In this document: positions 49,897-59,846 of the stretch, piece by piece | How the letters are laid out: each line of letters starts with the position of its first letter | Position numbering within the stretch: the stretch's first letter is position 1 | From: Bacteroidota bacterium | GTDB lineage: Bacteria > Bacteroidota > Ignavibacteria > Palsa-1295 | Direction: 5' to 3' | Assembly (NCBI GenBank): GCA_030706385.1 | Contig: JAUZOQ010000006.1 | Location: 1,196-65,195 of the forward strand | DNA length: 64,000 bases | Translations under genes and position numbers: made by a program | Notes under the pieces: model-generated | The model's database searches: none | Seen by the model: only the letters and a program-made list of their open reading frames with translations | What the model was told of the DNA's origin: nothing

Positions 49897-51504
49897 ATGC
49901 CTGTAAAGAGATTACCGAATTTCCGTAATGAAACCTATAAAGACTTTTCACTCCCGAAAGAGAAGGCTGCAATGGAGAGCGCCATTAAACAGGCCAGGGC
50001 TTCCCTTGGGAAGGAATATCCCCTCTTAATCGGCTCCGAACGAATCAAAACAAATGATTTTATCCTTTCACGTAACCCTGCCCACCCGAGCGAGATAATA
50101 GGGAAATTTGGTAAAGGGACCGTGGGGCTGGCCCAGAGATCTTTGGATACTGCATCAAAAGCATTTGAGTCTTGGCGTTTGGTCGATCCGTATCATCGTG
50201 CAGATATCCTGATGAAAGCAGCTGCGATCTGTCGTAGACGCCGTTACGAGATTAATGCATGGATGGTTCTGGAAGTCGGGAAGAATTATCTCGAAGCTGA
50301 TGCGGATACTGCAGAGGCGATCGACTTTCTCGAATTCTACGCACGCGAAATGTATCGTCTCGCCGGACATCAGCCTGTTCATAAGAATCAGGGTGAAGTT
50401 GGGTATCTTGAGTACCTACCGCTCGGAGTAGGCGTTATCGTCCCACCCTGGAATTTTCCGTTCGCGATATTAGTCGGCACGGCTAGTGCTGCGATTGTAA
50501 CAGGAAATACAATCATTCTTAAGCCATCAAGCGATTCTCCGATGATGGGGTGGCTTTTCGCTGAGATCATGCACGAAGCAGGTCTTCCCGATGGCGTTCT
50601 CAATTTCTTTACCGCTCCTGGTGGAGAAATCGGAGACTATCTGGTAAAGAGCCCGGTCACGAGATTTATTTCCTTCACTGGATCCAAAGAGATTGGATTA
50701 CGCATCACGCAGCTCGCTGCGACCCCTGAGAAGGGGCAGAAGTGGATTAAGCGCGTTGTTGCTGAAATGGGTGGTAAGGATGGAATCGTCGTTGCAAAGG
50801 ATGCAGATGTTGAGAATGCTGCACAGGGCATTGTGTCCGCAGCATTCGGATTCCAGGGACAAAAATGTTCGGCTTGTTCTCGTGCGATTGTTGAACGTCC
50901 GATTTACGATAAGATTGTCTCTCGTGTAAAAGAGCTTGTTGATGCGTTGGAGATCGGTGATCCGAGAGAAAATAAAGCCATCGGACCGGTTGTCAACCAG
51001 CGTGCACAAGAAAAGATCATGGATTACATTAAGCTCGGCAAGAGCGAAGGTAAACTCATCTCTGGAGGTGGAACATTCGGTAAGGAAGGCTTCTACGTGA
51101 AACCAACCGTATTTGCCGATATTGCTCCGACTGCACGATTAGCCCAAGAAGAGATATTCGGTCCCGTTCTGGCAATAATTCCTGTGAAGGATTTTGACGA
51201 AGCCCTCAAGGTTGCAAATAATACCGAGTATGGTCTAACGGGTGCTGTATATGCAAAAAATCGTTCGAAGCTCGATCGCGCAGCGAAAGAATTTTTTGTC
51301 GGCAATCTTTATTTAAATCGCAAATGCACGGGTGCTCTCGTCGGAGTACATCCTTTTGGCGGATTTAATATGAGCGGCACCGATTCTAAGGCCGGAGGCA
51401 GGGATTACCTCCATCTTTTCCTACAGGCTCGAGTTGTTGCCGAAAAAGTCAAAGAGCTTCCAAAAAAGAAGCGCAAGGCGAAGAGAAAGCCTGCGACAAA
51501 ATAA
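49897..51504 (+). CDS. pruA: L-glutamate gamma-semialdehyde (P5C) dehydrogenase
   Basis: PWNFP, FTGS, AEMGGKD, GQKCSACSR, EEIFGP, SGTDSKAGG. Confidence 0.93.
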   Translation: MPVKRLPNFRNETYKDFSLPKEKAAMESAIKQARASLGKEYPLLIGSERIKTNDFILSRNPAHPSEIIGKFGKGTVGLAQRSLDTASKAFESWRLVDPYHRADILMKAAAICRRRRYEINAWMVLEVGKNYLEADADTAEAIDFLEFYAREMYRLAGHQPVHKNQGEVGYLEYLPLGVGVIVPPWNFPFAILVGTASAAIVTGNTIILKPSSDSPMMGWLFAEIMHEAGLPDGVLNFFTAPGGEIGDYLVKSPVTRFISFTGSKEIGLRITQLAATPEKGQKWIKRVVAEMGGKDGIVVAKDADVENAAQGIVSAAFGFQGQKCSACSRAIVERPIYDKIVSRVKELVDALEIGDPRENKAIGPVVNQRAQEKIMDYIKLGKSEGKLISGGGTFGKEGFYVKPTVFADIAPTARLAQEEIFGPVLAIIPVKDFDEALKVANNTEYGLTGAVYAKNRSKLDRAAKEFFVGNLYLNRKCTGALVGVHPFGGFNMSGTDSKAGGRDYLHLFLQARVVAEKVKELPKKKRKAKRKPATK

Positions 51505-51552
51505 TGCGATATTGATGGATGCACTATCAAGCACAAAGCTGACATACCCATC

Positions 51553-52521
51553 ATGACCTATATCGATGCTATTAACGATGCTCTACAGTATGAAATGGAG
51601 CGCGATTCTTCCGTCTTCTTGATCGGTGAAGATATTGGAGCTTTCGGCGGAGCATTCAAAGCAACCAAGGGACTTTATCAGAGATTTGGAAAAGATCGGG
51701 TTATCGATACTCCAATCACCGAAGCTGGTCTTGTTGGTGCTGCGATAGGAGCTTCGCTTTTTGGATATCGTCCTGTTGCCGAAATGCAATTCTCGGATTT
51801 CATTACCAATGCGTTCAATCAACTCGTAACAGTCGCTGCTACTACTGCATATCGGTGGGGATTGCCGGTACCGATTGTTGTTCGATGTCCAAGTGGAGCA
51901 GGTATAAGCGGCGGGCCATTTCATTCCCGTAATCCTGAAGTATGGTTCGTTCATCAACCAGGTCTAAAAGTCGTTTGCCCCGGCACTCCAGAAGATGCGA
52001 AGGGCCTTCTCATTTCCTCAATAAGAGACAATAGCCCTGTTCTTTTCTTTGAACATAAGCGTCTTTATCGCTCTCTAAAATCCGAAGTGCCTTCTGGTGA
52101 GTATGTTGTTCCGCTCGGAAAAGCGAAAACTGCCCGCATCGGCAAAGATCTAAGCCTAATAACCTACGGTGGTACATTACCACTCGCCGTTGAGGTTGCG
52201 GAAGCTTTTGCCAAGGAAGGGAAGGCAGATATTGAAGTGATCGATCTTCGGTCTCTTGTACCGCTCGATCTTGAAGCAATACTCTCAAGTGTCCGAAAAA
52301 CAAGTAGAGTTCTCGTTCTCCATGAGGATAACCTTACCGCCGGATTCGGAGCCGAACTTGTTGCCCTCATTACTGAGCATGCCTTCGAAGCCCTTGATGC
52401 CCCCGTCAAGAGACTTGCGAGCTTTGATTCGCCGGTTCCATTCGCTCCCGATCTCGAGAGGGAAGTGCTGCCATCGGTTCGCTCTGTGGGAAGTGCAGTA
52501 GAAGAACTATTGGATTACTAA
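51553..52521 (+). CDS. 2-oxoacid dehydrogenase E1 beta subunit
   Basis: GEDIG, DTPITE, EMQFSDF, FEHK, IDLRSL. Confidence 0.93.
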   Translation: MTYIDAINDALQYEMERDSSVFLIGEDIGAFGGAFKATKGLYQRFGKDRVIDTPITEAGLVGAAIGASLFGYRPVAEMQFSDFITNAFNQLVTVAATTAYRWGLPVPIVVRCPSGAGISGGPFHSRNPEVWFVHQPGLKVVCPGTPEDAKGLLISSIRDNSPVLFFEHKRLYRSLKSEVPSGEYVVPLGKAKTARIGKDLSLITYGGTLPLAVEVAEAFAKEGKADIEVIDLRSLVPLDLEAILSSVRKTSRVLVLHEDNLTAGFGAELVALITEHAFEALDAPVKRLASFDSPVPFAPDLEREVLPSVRSVGSAVEELLDY

Positions 52522-52539
52522 AAGTGCGATGCAAATAAA

Positions 52540-52575
52540 ACTGTCGTCTTCCTCCGGGAGGAAGAAGACGACAGT
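52540..52575 (-). terminator. Intrinsic terminator closing the fibre-like operon
   Basis: actgtcgtcttc...gaagacgacagt inverted repeat; on the minus strand it is followed by a T-rich tail (plus-strand aaataaa). Confidence 0.7.
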
Positions 52576-52655
52576 AGTAGGACACTGACCACTTGACTAA
52601 AGACGAGGACCTGCTTGCTGAGTTGTCATTTGCAAATTATTAATTCATCGTTGCG

Positions 52656-54359
52656 TCACTGCAATTTGTGTCCCACGAGATAGGAACCTTGGTTGATCTT
52701 TATCCAACCATTTGCAGAAGCTTCCCTGTATAACAGGTGGATGTCTCCTTTCGAGGGTCCATTTACGTATACGCCACTCAAGTGGATTATGGTTGTCACC
52801 CCGGCATCGACATTGAAAGTATTGACCGATGCAATGGCATCCTGCGTAAGCAGATCGTTACCTGCACTCACATTTGAATTTTGTTGAAAAGAGAGCACGC
52901 CAACCTTAAAGTAGTTGAAATCATTCGGTACATCGAGCGCAATCCTAATATTGCCGTTTCCTACGTTTGAAGTAACGAAGAGCATTCCTTCTACATTAAT
53001 GACTTGGTATGGCTGCACATCTGTGATTACCAAAGATGTGTCAACAGTGAGGTTGACCTGCGAACCGATTGAATCGTCAATGAATTGGAGATCGAATGAC
53101 GCCAGACCTGCAGCTGCTGCACCGGCTATTTGACGGGTGGCGCTACGCACAAGCCAACGGGACATCTTCGAATCATAAAACAGATTTATTGCTCCGGTAT
53201 CACCAACCTGCAGGTCCTTGCCATCGACAGTAAAGATCCGGTTTGCGGCACTAGATCGCGAATCCTCATTTGTTAGTGTCATTATGCCATGCACCGTATT
53301 CAAGATACGCAACTCTTTGCCGTCAAAACCGCCAGTCAGACCAGTGATGGTATCGCGTAAGATTCCACCGCCGCTATAATACGCGCGAAGATTACTTGAT
53401 GAATTGATCGCTACATCATTTTGTACTCCATTAGTAATCGTAAGCGTATCAACGCGTACTGCAAAATCTTTCCGGATATCGAGCATCGTATTAGGGGCAG
53501 AAGTTCCTATACCGACGTTCCCGGCAGGAGATATGCGAGCCCGCTCGATATTTCCGGAAAGAAATTCAATTGGCTGTGGCGTTGATGTATTCGTCGTTGC
53601 GACCACAAGAGGCTGTGCATCGGTCGTACCGAGGAAATTCCCCGTAGAACCATTCCATGCCGTTGTTCCCGAGTTTCCGGTGAGTGCCCAACCTGCGAAG
53701 AGAGAAGAGGATGGGCTCCACGCTGGTATGCCGGAAGCAAGGGAAAGGACTAGTCCATCCGATCCAGCAGGAAGAGTTGTCCAAGCCGTACCAAGAGCAT
53801 TCCTATACAATATGCTTCCACCGGATGTAGCTGAAGTATTCAACCCAGTCCCACCATTTGAATCATTCAACACACCGGTCACTTCCGTCGCAACGTTAAC
53901 AGGCCCGGTGGTAAACCCGGTGCCAGTTCCTCGGATCACACCGTTCAGTAATGTTGTAACCGCAATGGTACCCGACGAAATGACTGGGGAACTGCCGACG
54001 ATAAATCCTGCAGGCATCGAGAGTCCGACGCTCGTAACTGTTCCGCTGGTAATCGGTGCCCACGTCGGAACACCGCCGGAAAGCACGAGTGCTTGACCGT
54101 TCAAACCAGGTGTTACCCATGCCAATTGTCCCGCACCATTGTTTGTATACAGAAGCGAACCGAGTGCCGGCGCGGCATTTGGCAGCGTAAGCAAATAGTT
54201 CGAAAAGCTGCCTGTTGGGGGAACGATCAGAAGCCTGTTAAACGTGTTATTGACGAACGTTAATTGACTACCGGTTAATCCTTGAGCGAAAGCAGTAGAG
54301 CAAATGCTCAGAGCACCAAGTAGGATTAGAGCTAGACGCTGTGCCATTCTTGTAAACAT
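52656..54359 (-). CDS. Secreted tail-fibre-like protein 3 with a C-terminal beta-sandwich head
   Basis: Signal peptide AFA-Q; G..G..L...G.P.W, NGGTG, W.LTGNSGT..NFLGTTD and GNVGIGT..P motifs. Confidence 0.7.
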   Translation of the reverse strand: MFTRMAQRLALILLGALSICSTAFAQGLTGSQLTFVNNTFNRLLIVPPTGSFSNYLLTLPNAAPALGSLLYTNNGAGQLAWVTPGLNGQALVLSGGVPTWAPITSGTVTSVGLSMPAGFIVGSSPVISSGTIAVTTLLNGVIRGTGTGFTTGPVNVATEVTGVLNDSNGGTGLNTSATSGGSILYRNALGTAWTTLPAGSDGLVLSLASGIPAWSPSSSLFAGWALTGNSGTTAWNGSTGNFLGTTDAQPLVVATTNTSTPQPIEFLSGNIERARISPAGNVGIGTSAPNTMLDIRKDFAVRVDTLTITNGVQNDVAINSSSNLRAYYSGGGILRDTITGLTGGFDGKELRILNTVHGIMTLTNEDSRSSAANRIFTVDGKDLQVGDTGAINLFYDSKMSRWLVRSATRQIAGAAAAGLASFDLQFIDDSIGSQVNLTVDTSLVITDVQPYQVINVEGMLFVTSNVGNGNIRIALDVPNDFNYFKVGVLSFQQNSNVSAGNDLLTQDAIASVNTFNVDAGVTTIIHLSGVYVNGPSKGDIHLLYREASANGWIKINQGSYLVGHKLQ

Positions 54360-54453
54360 AGAATAAGTAAGTAAATAATGTTATTGAACCTCAGACAAGT
54401 GCGCAGTACCAAGTGCGGGATTGCGCTGCATGGCCGGTTAGCTCACGATATCA

Positions 54454-55344
54454 TTATGGATTTGAGATATACCAGCTCACGACACAATTCAGATCTGTTG
54501 ATACTGTAACTGTGAATGTCGTTGCCGTTCTTGCCGTTACACCCGCTGCAATGAGATTACCACCTGTTACATCGGTTACACTTACGAGAATTCTCGAATT
54601 CACATCGACCGGTACTCCCGGCGTTACGAGCACTGTCTGACCGCCTCCTGAGGTATACGGCGAGTTGCCTACTGCTGATGAACTACCGGTAAGGGTGCTG
54701 GAAATCGTAATGTTTGAAGCATCGATAGCAACATTGATGCCGCCAGATCCCTGAATGTTACGTGCAGTTGGAGCACCTGCATTTCCAACCAGAAGCTGAT
54801 TGTTGCCTAGCGTGACATTTTGAAAACCCGACGTGCCATTGCCAAGTAGGATTGAATTTGCAGTGAAGCTTGATTGCCCCGTACCTCCGTTTGCAACCGG
54901 AAGTACTCCCGTAACTTGTGCGCTTGCAAGATTGATCGCTCCCCACGACAGATCACCATGGAGAAGTTGGTTTGCAGTGCCTGCTGAGTTCTCAACGATT
55001 GCATTGCCGCTTGATATCATCACTCGATTATTATTGAGTGCAACGGCACTGTTTGTACCGCCATTAATGATACCAAGCACGCCGGTAATCTGATTGGTAT
55101 TGTCACTCAGCGTAAGTGGTGCGAATGTAAGAATGCCACCGCTCGTGCTTTGGAGTGGGCGAGTGGCAGCAGGTGCCTGCGGCCACGTATAGGTTGTGCT
55201 CACAGCACCGACTGCGCCTGTATGACTTATCACACTTGCGCCGCGAATGAGCTTCATTGTTGTTGCCGTTAGCTGTGCGTTGACTTCGGAATTGATCAGA
55301 GTAAATCCCAGTGCAACTAGTAGAAGAGCGATATTCTTTTTCAT
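54454..55344 (-). CDS. Secreted tail-fibre-like protein 2
   Basis: Signal peptide VNA-Q; two TGVL...NGGT motifs; C-terminal FTV...SWYISNP domain. Confidence 0.7.
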   Translation of the reverse strand: MKKNIALLLVALGFTLINSEVNAQLTATTMKLIRGASVISHTGAVGAVSTTYTWPQAPAATRPLQSTSGGILTFAPLTLSDNTNQITGVLGIINGGTNSAVALNNNRVMISSGNAIVENSAGTANQLLHGDLSWGAINLASAQVTGVLPVANGGTGQSSFTANSILLGNGTSGFQNVTLGNNQLLVGNAGAPTARNIQGSGGINVAIDASNITISSTLTGSSSAVGNSPYTSGGGQTVLVTPGVPVDVNSRILVSVTDVTGGNLIAAGVTARTATTFTVTVSTDLNCVVSWYISNP

Positions 55345-55403
55345 AATGATGTATCTCGTTTATTAGAATTCGTAAAGTTCAGAAGTAGAAAAACTTTGAT
55401 TGA

Positions 55404-56189
55404 TCATGGATTGACTACCATATAGTGAAGTGTCCCTGCTGGATTCGGATAGGGTGCAGAGAACTCTACCGTAAAGCCTGACCCAGGTGCGACACTGGTC
55501 ACTGTAGGAAGTACGGTAAAGACTGCCGCATTCGGATCGACAATAGAAACAAGCACTGAGGCATTCGCCATGATTGCCGTATAGGGAACAAACAGATTTG
55601 GTACTCCTGGAGGAATCGGCATATTGCCGGTAAACTTGTTCGGCCCGGACCCTACCAGTCCGTTCGCTATTACTGTTCCTCCGGCTGGTTGGATTGTTCC
55701 GCCGGCCCCAACGTTTATTGTGACTCCAGGTTGAATCGTCCCTGAGGTGATCTGACTTGCAGAAATAGTTACCGGTCCTGGAATGGTAAGGGACCAGGAA
55801 GGCATCGATAAGCTATTGACTGTTAGGACTGCTCCAACAGGCCCCGGTGCCATTGGAGTGGCGACGCTTAAGTCATTTCCAACCCAGATATTTCCAGGTG
55901 CCAGTGGAGGCAAGGGCAAATACTCGGACCACCACATATAACCCGCAGGATCGACAGCACAAAAGCTCAGCCCGTCCGGCAGTCCTGTTGGCCAATGAAT
56001 GAAATAGGAAGCGTCAAGTGGGCCGCTGAGGTCCCACGTCATCGTTTTTCCGGCCCCGTCGTCACACTCAAATGCCCGTGCGCCGATGGTTCTGGAAAAA
56101 GATCCTTGCGTCTGGGCGAGTTCTTGTGCGCTAAGCCCAAGCGGTATCAGAAGAAGTACCAAAAAAATCAGTGATAGTCTAGATTTCAT
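55404..56189 (-). CDS. Secreted tail-fibre-like protein 1
   Basis: Signal peptide MKSRL...LSA-Q from ATG 56189; G..G.VL....PSW motif; C-terminal FTV...HYMVVNP domain. Confidence 0.65.
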   Translation of the reverse strand: MKSRLSLIFLVLLLIPLGLSAQELAQTQGSFSRTIGARAFECDDGAGKTMTWDLSGPLDASYFIHWPTGLPDGLSFCAVDPAGYMWWSEYLPLPPLAPGNIWVGNDLSVATPMAPGPVGAVLTVNSLSMPSWSLTIPGPVTISASQITSGTIQPGVTINVGAGGTIQPAGGTVIANGLVGSGPNKFTGNMPIPPGVPNLFVPYTAIMANASVLVSIVDPNAAVFTVLPTVTSVAPGSGFTVEFSAPYPNPAGTLHYMVVNP

Positions 56190-56269
56190 ATGATAGTTGC
56201 GGATGTAGTAATCCAATCTTTCAACGTCAAGCACATTGGAATTCGTAAAGTATGTTGATCGCCGTCAAG

Positions 56270-56285
56270 GCAAATCCCGTGCCAA
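56270..56285 (-). promoter_or_regulatory. Sigma-54 (-24/-12) promoter
   Basis: Minus strand reads TTGGCACG-GGAT-TTGC with exact GG-N10-GC spacing, about 80 bp upstream of ATG 56189 and in the right orientation. Confidence 0.8.
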
Positions 56286-56478
56286 TATCAAATCCGTGGA
56301 ATTCTATCGAAAATGGATGAGGAGAGGTATTAGAGGAAGAAGTCTTTACAGTTGATCTACAAAATTTCTTACTAGTGGCAAGTTTATGATCAGTTCTCGA
56401 TTGGATAAAATTGTTGAACCGTAAGAATGTTCGATCTCACGGTGAGCGGAAGCGTAGCTTGTCGATGGTGAAGAATAC

Positions 56479-56802
56479 CTAAGAGATATGAATTTCTGTG
56501 TCGAGTTTCTGGCTCAAGAGACGGCTAATGTAGGCACTAAAGAGTTCGCCCGATTTCTCATCGCTCCATAGACCCGTTTCTGGGTTGTAATTAAACCGAT
56601 GCCCTTCGTAATTAGCCGAAACCCATAACTGGCTGACCGGAGAATTGGGAGAGACAATAAACTTTGTTCCATCCTCAAAACTTATCGTGAGAACGTCGCC
56701 ATTCTTTTCGAGTTCAAAATCCAAGCCTGAATCGATCAAATCGGAGAGCTGATCGTCAAGTTTATTAATCGTGACGTCATAGTTTTTTGTGAATGAGCCC
56801 AT
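56479..56802 (-). CDS. cyaY: Frataxin-like iron donor CyaY
   Basis: GDVLTISF, P..QLWVSA..G.RF.Y..W; acidic N-terminus; 107 aa. Confidence 0.85.
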   Translation of the reverse strand: MGSFTKNYDVTINKLDDQLSDLIDSGLDFELEKNGDVLTISFEDGTKFIVSPNSPVSQLWVSANYEGHRFNYNPETGLWSDEKSGELFSAYISRLLSQKLDTEIHIS

Positions 56803-56840
56803 GTTTACTAATTAATTGTAAGAATTAATGCCCGATCAAA

Positions 56841-59800
56841 TTACTGAGGAGTAGTCAACTCTTTTCGTAAGTATTTACCTGTATGACTACCGGTTTTTTC
56901 AAATCGCGATGCCAGATCTTCGGGTGTGCCTTGATCTACAATATATCCGCCTGTTTCACCACCCTCGGGACCAAGGTCGATCACCCAGTCTGCCATTTTG
57001 ATCACATCAAGATTGTGTTCGATCACAACGACTGTATTGCCCCGATTGCGAAGCTCAAGCAGTACGTCGAGCAAATGACGAATATCCTTGAAATGGAGTC
57101 CGGTTGTAGGCTCGTCAAGAATATAAAGAGTTCTTCCTGTGGCGACTTTCGATAGCTCCGTTGCAAGCTTCACACGTTGCGCTTCACCGCCGCTTAAGGT
57201 CGGAGCCTGCTGGCCTAGTCTAATATAGCCTAAGCCAACATTTGCAAGAGCATCGATCTTTCTTTTTATTCGCGGAATATCGGTGAAAAGCTCTTGAGAC
57301 TCAATGACACTCATATTGAGAACATCGGAAATCGACTTGCCTTTGAAGTGCACTTCCAGAGTCTCGCGATTATAGCGGCGTCCGCCGCAAGTCTCGCAAG
57401 TGACATATACATCTGGAAGGAAATTCATTTCGATCTTCTTCATGCCTGCTCCCTGGCACGTTTCACACCGGCCTCCCTTGACATTGAATGAGAATCGGCC
57501 GACCTTATATCCGCGAATCTTTGCTTCAGGCAGCTCCGCAAAGAAGTCTCGGATCATCGTGAATAGTCCCGTGTATGTCGCAGGATTCGAACGAGGTGTT
57601 CTACCGATAGGCGTCTGATCGATTTCGATAAACTTATCAATGTATTCCAGGCCATGCATCCCTTTGTATGGAAGCGGCATACCTGTCGAATTATATACGT
57701 GTTTTGAGAGGATAGGGGCAAGAGTTTCGGTAATAATCGTGGATTTTCCCGAACCGGAAACGCCAGTTATGCATGTAAATGCGCCAATGGGAAGGTCAAG
57801 AGTGACATCTTTCAGATTATTTCCTTTGGCTCCGAGCAGCAGGAGGTGGTTTTGCTTTTTATTGATATTCCTTTCTGCGGGTACAACAAAAGTGTCTTTA
57901 CCTGAAAGATATTCGGCTGTTGGCGATGATGCTGAAATAAATTCTTTTTCAACCTGTGAATGCCTAGTATGGTGTAGAAAGAGTTGCGGCGGTCCGTATG
58001 CTACCAACGTCCCTCCGTACTCTCCGGCACCTGGACCTATATCAGCTATAATATCTGCGGCCAGCATCATTTCCTTATCGTGCTCGACTACGATTACCGT
58101 ATTCCCGAGATCGCGCAAATGCTCGAGAGACTTGATCAAGCGATCATTATCACGCTGATGCAATCCGATGCTTGGCTCATCTAAAATGTAGAGGACTCCG
58201 ACGAGCTGAGTTCCGATTTGGGTTGCCAGCCTGATGCGCTGAGACTCTCCACCCGATAACGTCCGAGCAGGTCTGTCAAGAGACAGGTAATTTAAGCCTA
58301 CATCAAGAAGGAAATCCAAACGTGAAGTTATTTCCCTTAAGATAGGCGCGGCAACAGCCTGGCGATTTCCTTCAAAGCTCAATGTTTCGAAGAAAGCCCT
58401 GGATTTCCTCAGATCCAGAGTGACGACCTTGTGAATATTGTACTCGCCTATCCGTATGGCCAGCGATTCTGGTTTCAGCCTGCCGCCCCGACATGATGGG
58501 CAAGGATGACTGGACATGAATTGCTGTGCCCACTCTTTCATGGATTCGGTCGCATCACGGGCAGTGGCCTGCTTAAGTGTCTCCATAAGTCCGACAAAAC
58601 GCATTTGATAGGAGACATCCCTCCCGGCATCGGACTGCCACTTTACCGTAAGTTTTTCATCACCTGAACCGTGGATAAGAATATCGAATAGTTTCGGAGA
58701 GATTTTTTCTACCGGTGTATCTAGTGGCGTTTTGTATGCCTGAAATACGGATTCTACCTGTGCCCATAACCAATTCTTTCGTTTTTTCCCGAGAGGAAGA
58801 AGACCGCCATCTTCAATGGACTTTGTTTTATCCCCGATCACCAAGGTCTCATCAAAATCTCTGGTTTCACCAAGCCCATGGCACAGAGCGCAGGCTCCAA
58901 TGGCCGAATTGAAGGAAAAGGTATTTGGCTGCGGCTCTTCATACGATCTTCCGCAATTTGGGCAGGAGTATTTCTCGCTCATTAGAAGTTCGCTGATCGC
59001 AGAGGTTTTTGCATCTTCGATGATCACGCTCAGAATACCCTTACCCATTTTGAGAGCGGTATTGACGGAATTTGTCAGGCGCTCGAGAAATTGATCTCCA
59101 AGCGGAAACCGGTCGATCACAAGTTCGATCGTATGGACTTTGTAGCGATCTACTTGCAGGCCTTCATAAAGATCTTTCATTTCTCCGTCGACACGAACTT
59201 TCGTAAATCCCTGACGGAGCGCGTCGCTGAACACTTCTCTGTAATGACCTTTGCGGGCACGCACGAGTGGAGCGAGGATGGTTAGCTTAGAATCCTGCGG
59301 ATGTGAGCGAATCGCCGTGATTATTTGATCTGCTGTTTGCCTGACAACGGGAATATTGCACTCAACACAGAACTGCGTTCCTAACCGCGCAAAAAGGAGT
59401 CGGATGAAATCGTATATCTCTGTAACAGTCCCGACCGTTGAGCGTGGGGAGGCTCCAATAGTTTTCTGCTCAATCGAGATTGCCGGAGATAGTCCTTCGA
59501 TGATATCGACATCGGGTCGCTCCATCATATCGAGAAACTGTCTAGCGTAGGCGGAAAGAGATTCAACGTACCTCCGCTGGCCTTCAGCATAGATCGTATC
59601 AAAAGCGAGTGATGATTTCCCTGAACCTGAGATTCCGGTGATCACGACAAGTTTCTCTCTCGGAATATCGATATCGATATTCTTGAGGTTATGAACTCTT
59701 GCACCACGGATTATGAGGTTCTCCAGTGCCGAGACCGAAGGGCTTTCGGTACCGATAGCATTCTCAGGGAAAGGCAATTCGCTTTTTAGAGGCTTTTTTG

Positions 59801-59846
59801 AGCTATTTGACTTCGTTTTTGACTTATTTTGAGCCGTTTTTGCCAA
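56841..59846 (-). CDS. uvrA: Excinuclease ABC subunit A
   Basis: GARVHNLKN, two Walker A motifs (GSGKS), LSGGE signatures, zinc fingers. Confidence 0.99.
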   Translation of the reverse strand: MAKTAQNKSKTKSNSSKKPLKSELPFPENAIGTESPSVSALENLIIRGARVHNLKNIDIDIPREKLVVITGISGSGKSSLAFDTIYAEGQRRYVESLSAYARQFLDMMERPDVDIIEGLSPAISIEQKTIGASPRSTVGTVTEIYDFIRLLFARLGTQFCVECNIPVVRQTADQIITAIRSHPQDSKLTILAPLVRARKGHYREVFSDALRQGFTKVRVDGEMKDLYEGLQVDRYKVHTIELVIDRFPLGDQFLERLTNSVNTALKMGKGILSVIIEDAKTSAISELLMSEKYSCPNCGRSYEEPQPNTFSFNSAIGACALCHGLGETRDFDETLVIGDKTKSIEDGGLLPLGKKRKNWLWAQVESVFQAYKTPLDTPVEKISPKLFDILIHGSGDEKLTVKWQSDAGRDVSYQMRFVGLMETLKQATARDATESMKEWAQQFMSSHPCPSCRGGRLKPESLAIRIGEYNIHKVVTLDLRKSRAFFETLSFEGNRQAVAAPILREITSRLDFLLDVGLNYLSLDRPARTLSGGESQRIRLATQIGTQLVGVLYILDEPSIGLHQRDNDRLIKSLEHLRDLGNTVIVVEHDKEMMLAADIIADIGPGAGEYGGTLVAYGPPQLFLHHTRHSQVEKEFISASSPTAEYLSGKDTFVVPAERNINKKQNHLLLLGAKGNNLKDVTLDLPIGAFTCITGVSGSGKSTIITETLAPILSKHVYNSTGMPLPYKGMHGLEYIDKFIEIDQTPIGRTPRSNPATYTGLFTMIRDFFAELPEAKIRGYKVGRFSFNVKGGRCETCQGAGMKKIEMNFLPDVYVTCETCGGRRYNRETLEVHFKGKSISDVLNMSVIESQELFTDIPRIKRKIDALANVGLGYIRLGQQAPTLSGGEAQRVKLATELSKVATGRTLYILDEPTTGLHFKDIRHLLDVLLELRNRGNTVVVIEHNLDVIKMADWVIDLGPEGGETGGYIVDQGTPEDLASRFEKTGSHTGKYLRKELTTPQ

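Noticed and set aside
53404..54096. Long antisense ORFs (this 230-aa one; also 60944-61627, 23069-23617, 31143-31679, 57640-58158, 1397-1912)
   Set aside because: They lie opposite well-supported genes and have no recognisable motifs; typical shadow ORFs.
54396..54426. 8-bp direct repeat caagtgcg and a weak hairpin between fibre genes 2 and 3
   Set aside because: Short, and the stem pairs poorly on the coding strand; could be chance.
52656..56189. Prophage remnant or contractile injection system as the explanation for the fibre-like genes
   Set aside because: No sheath, tube, baseplate, capsid, terminase or integrase genes nearby; all three ORFs are intact and carry Sec signal peptides.
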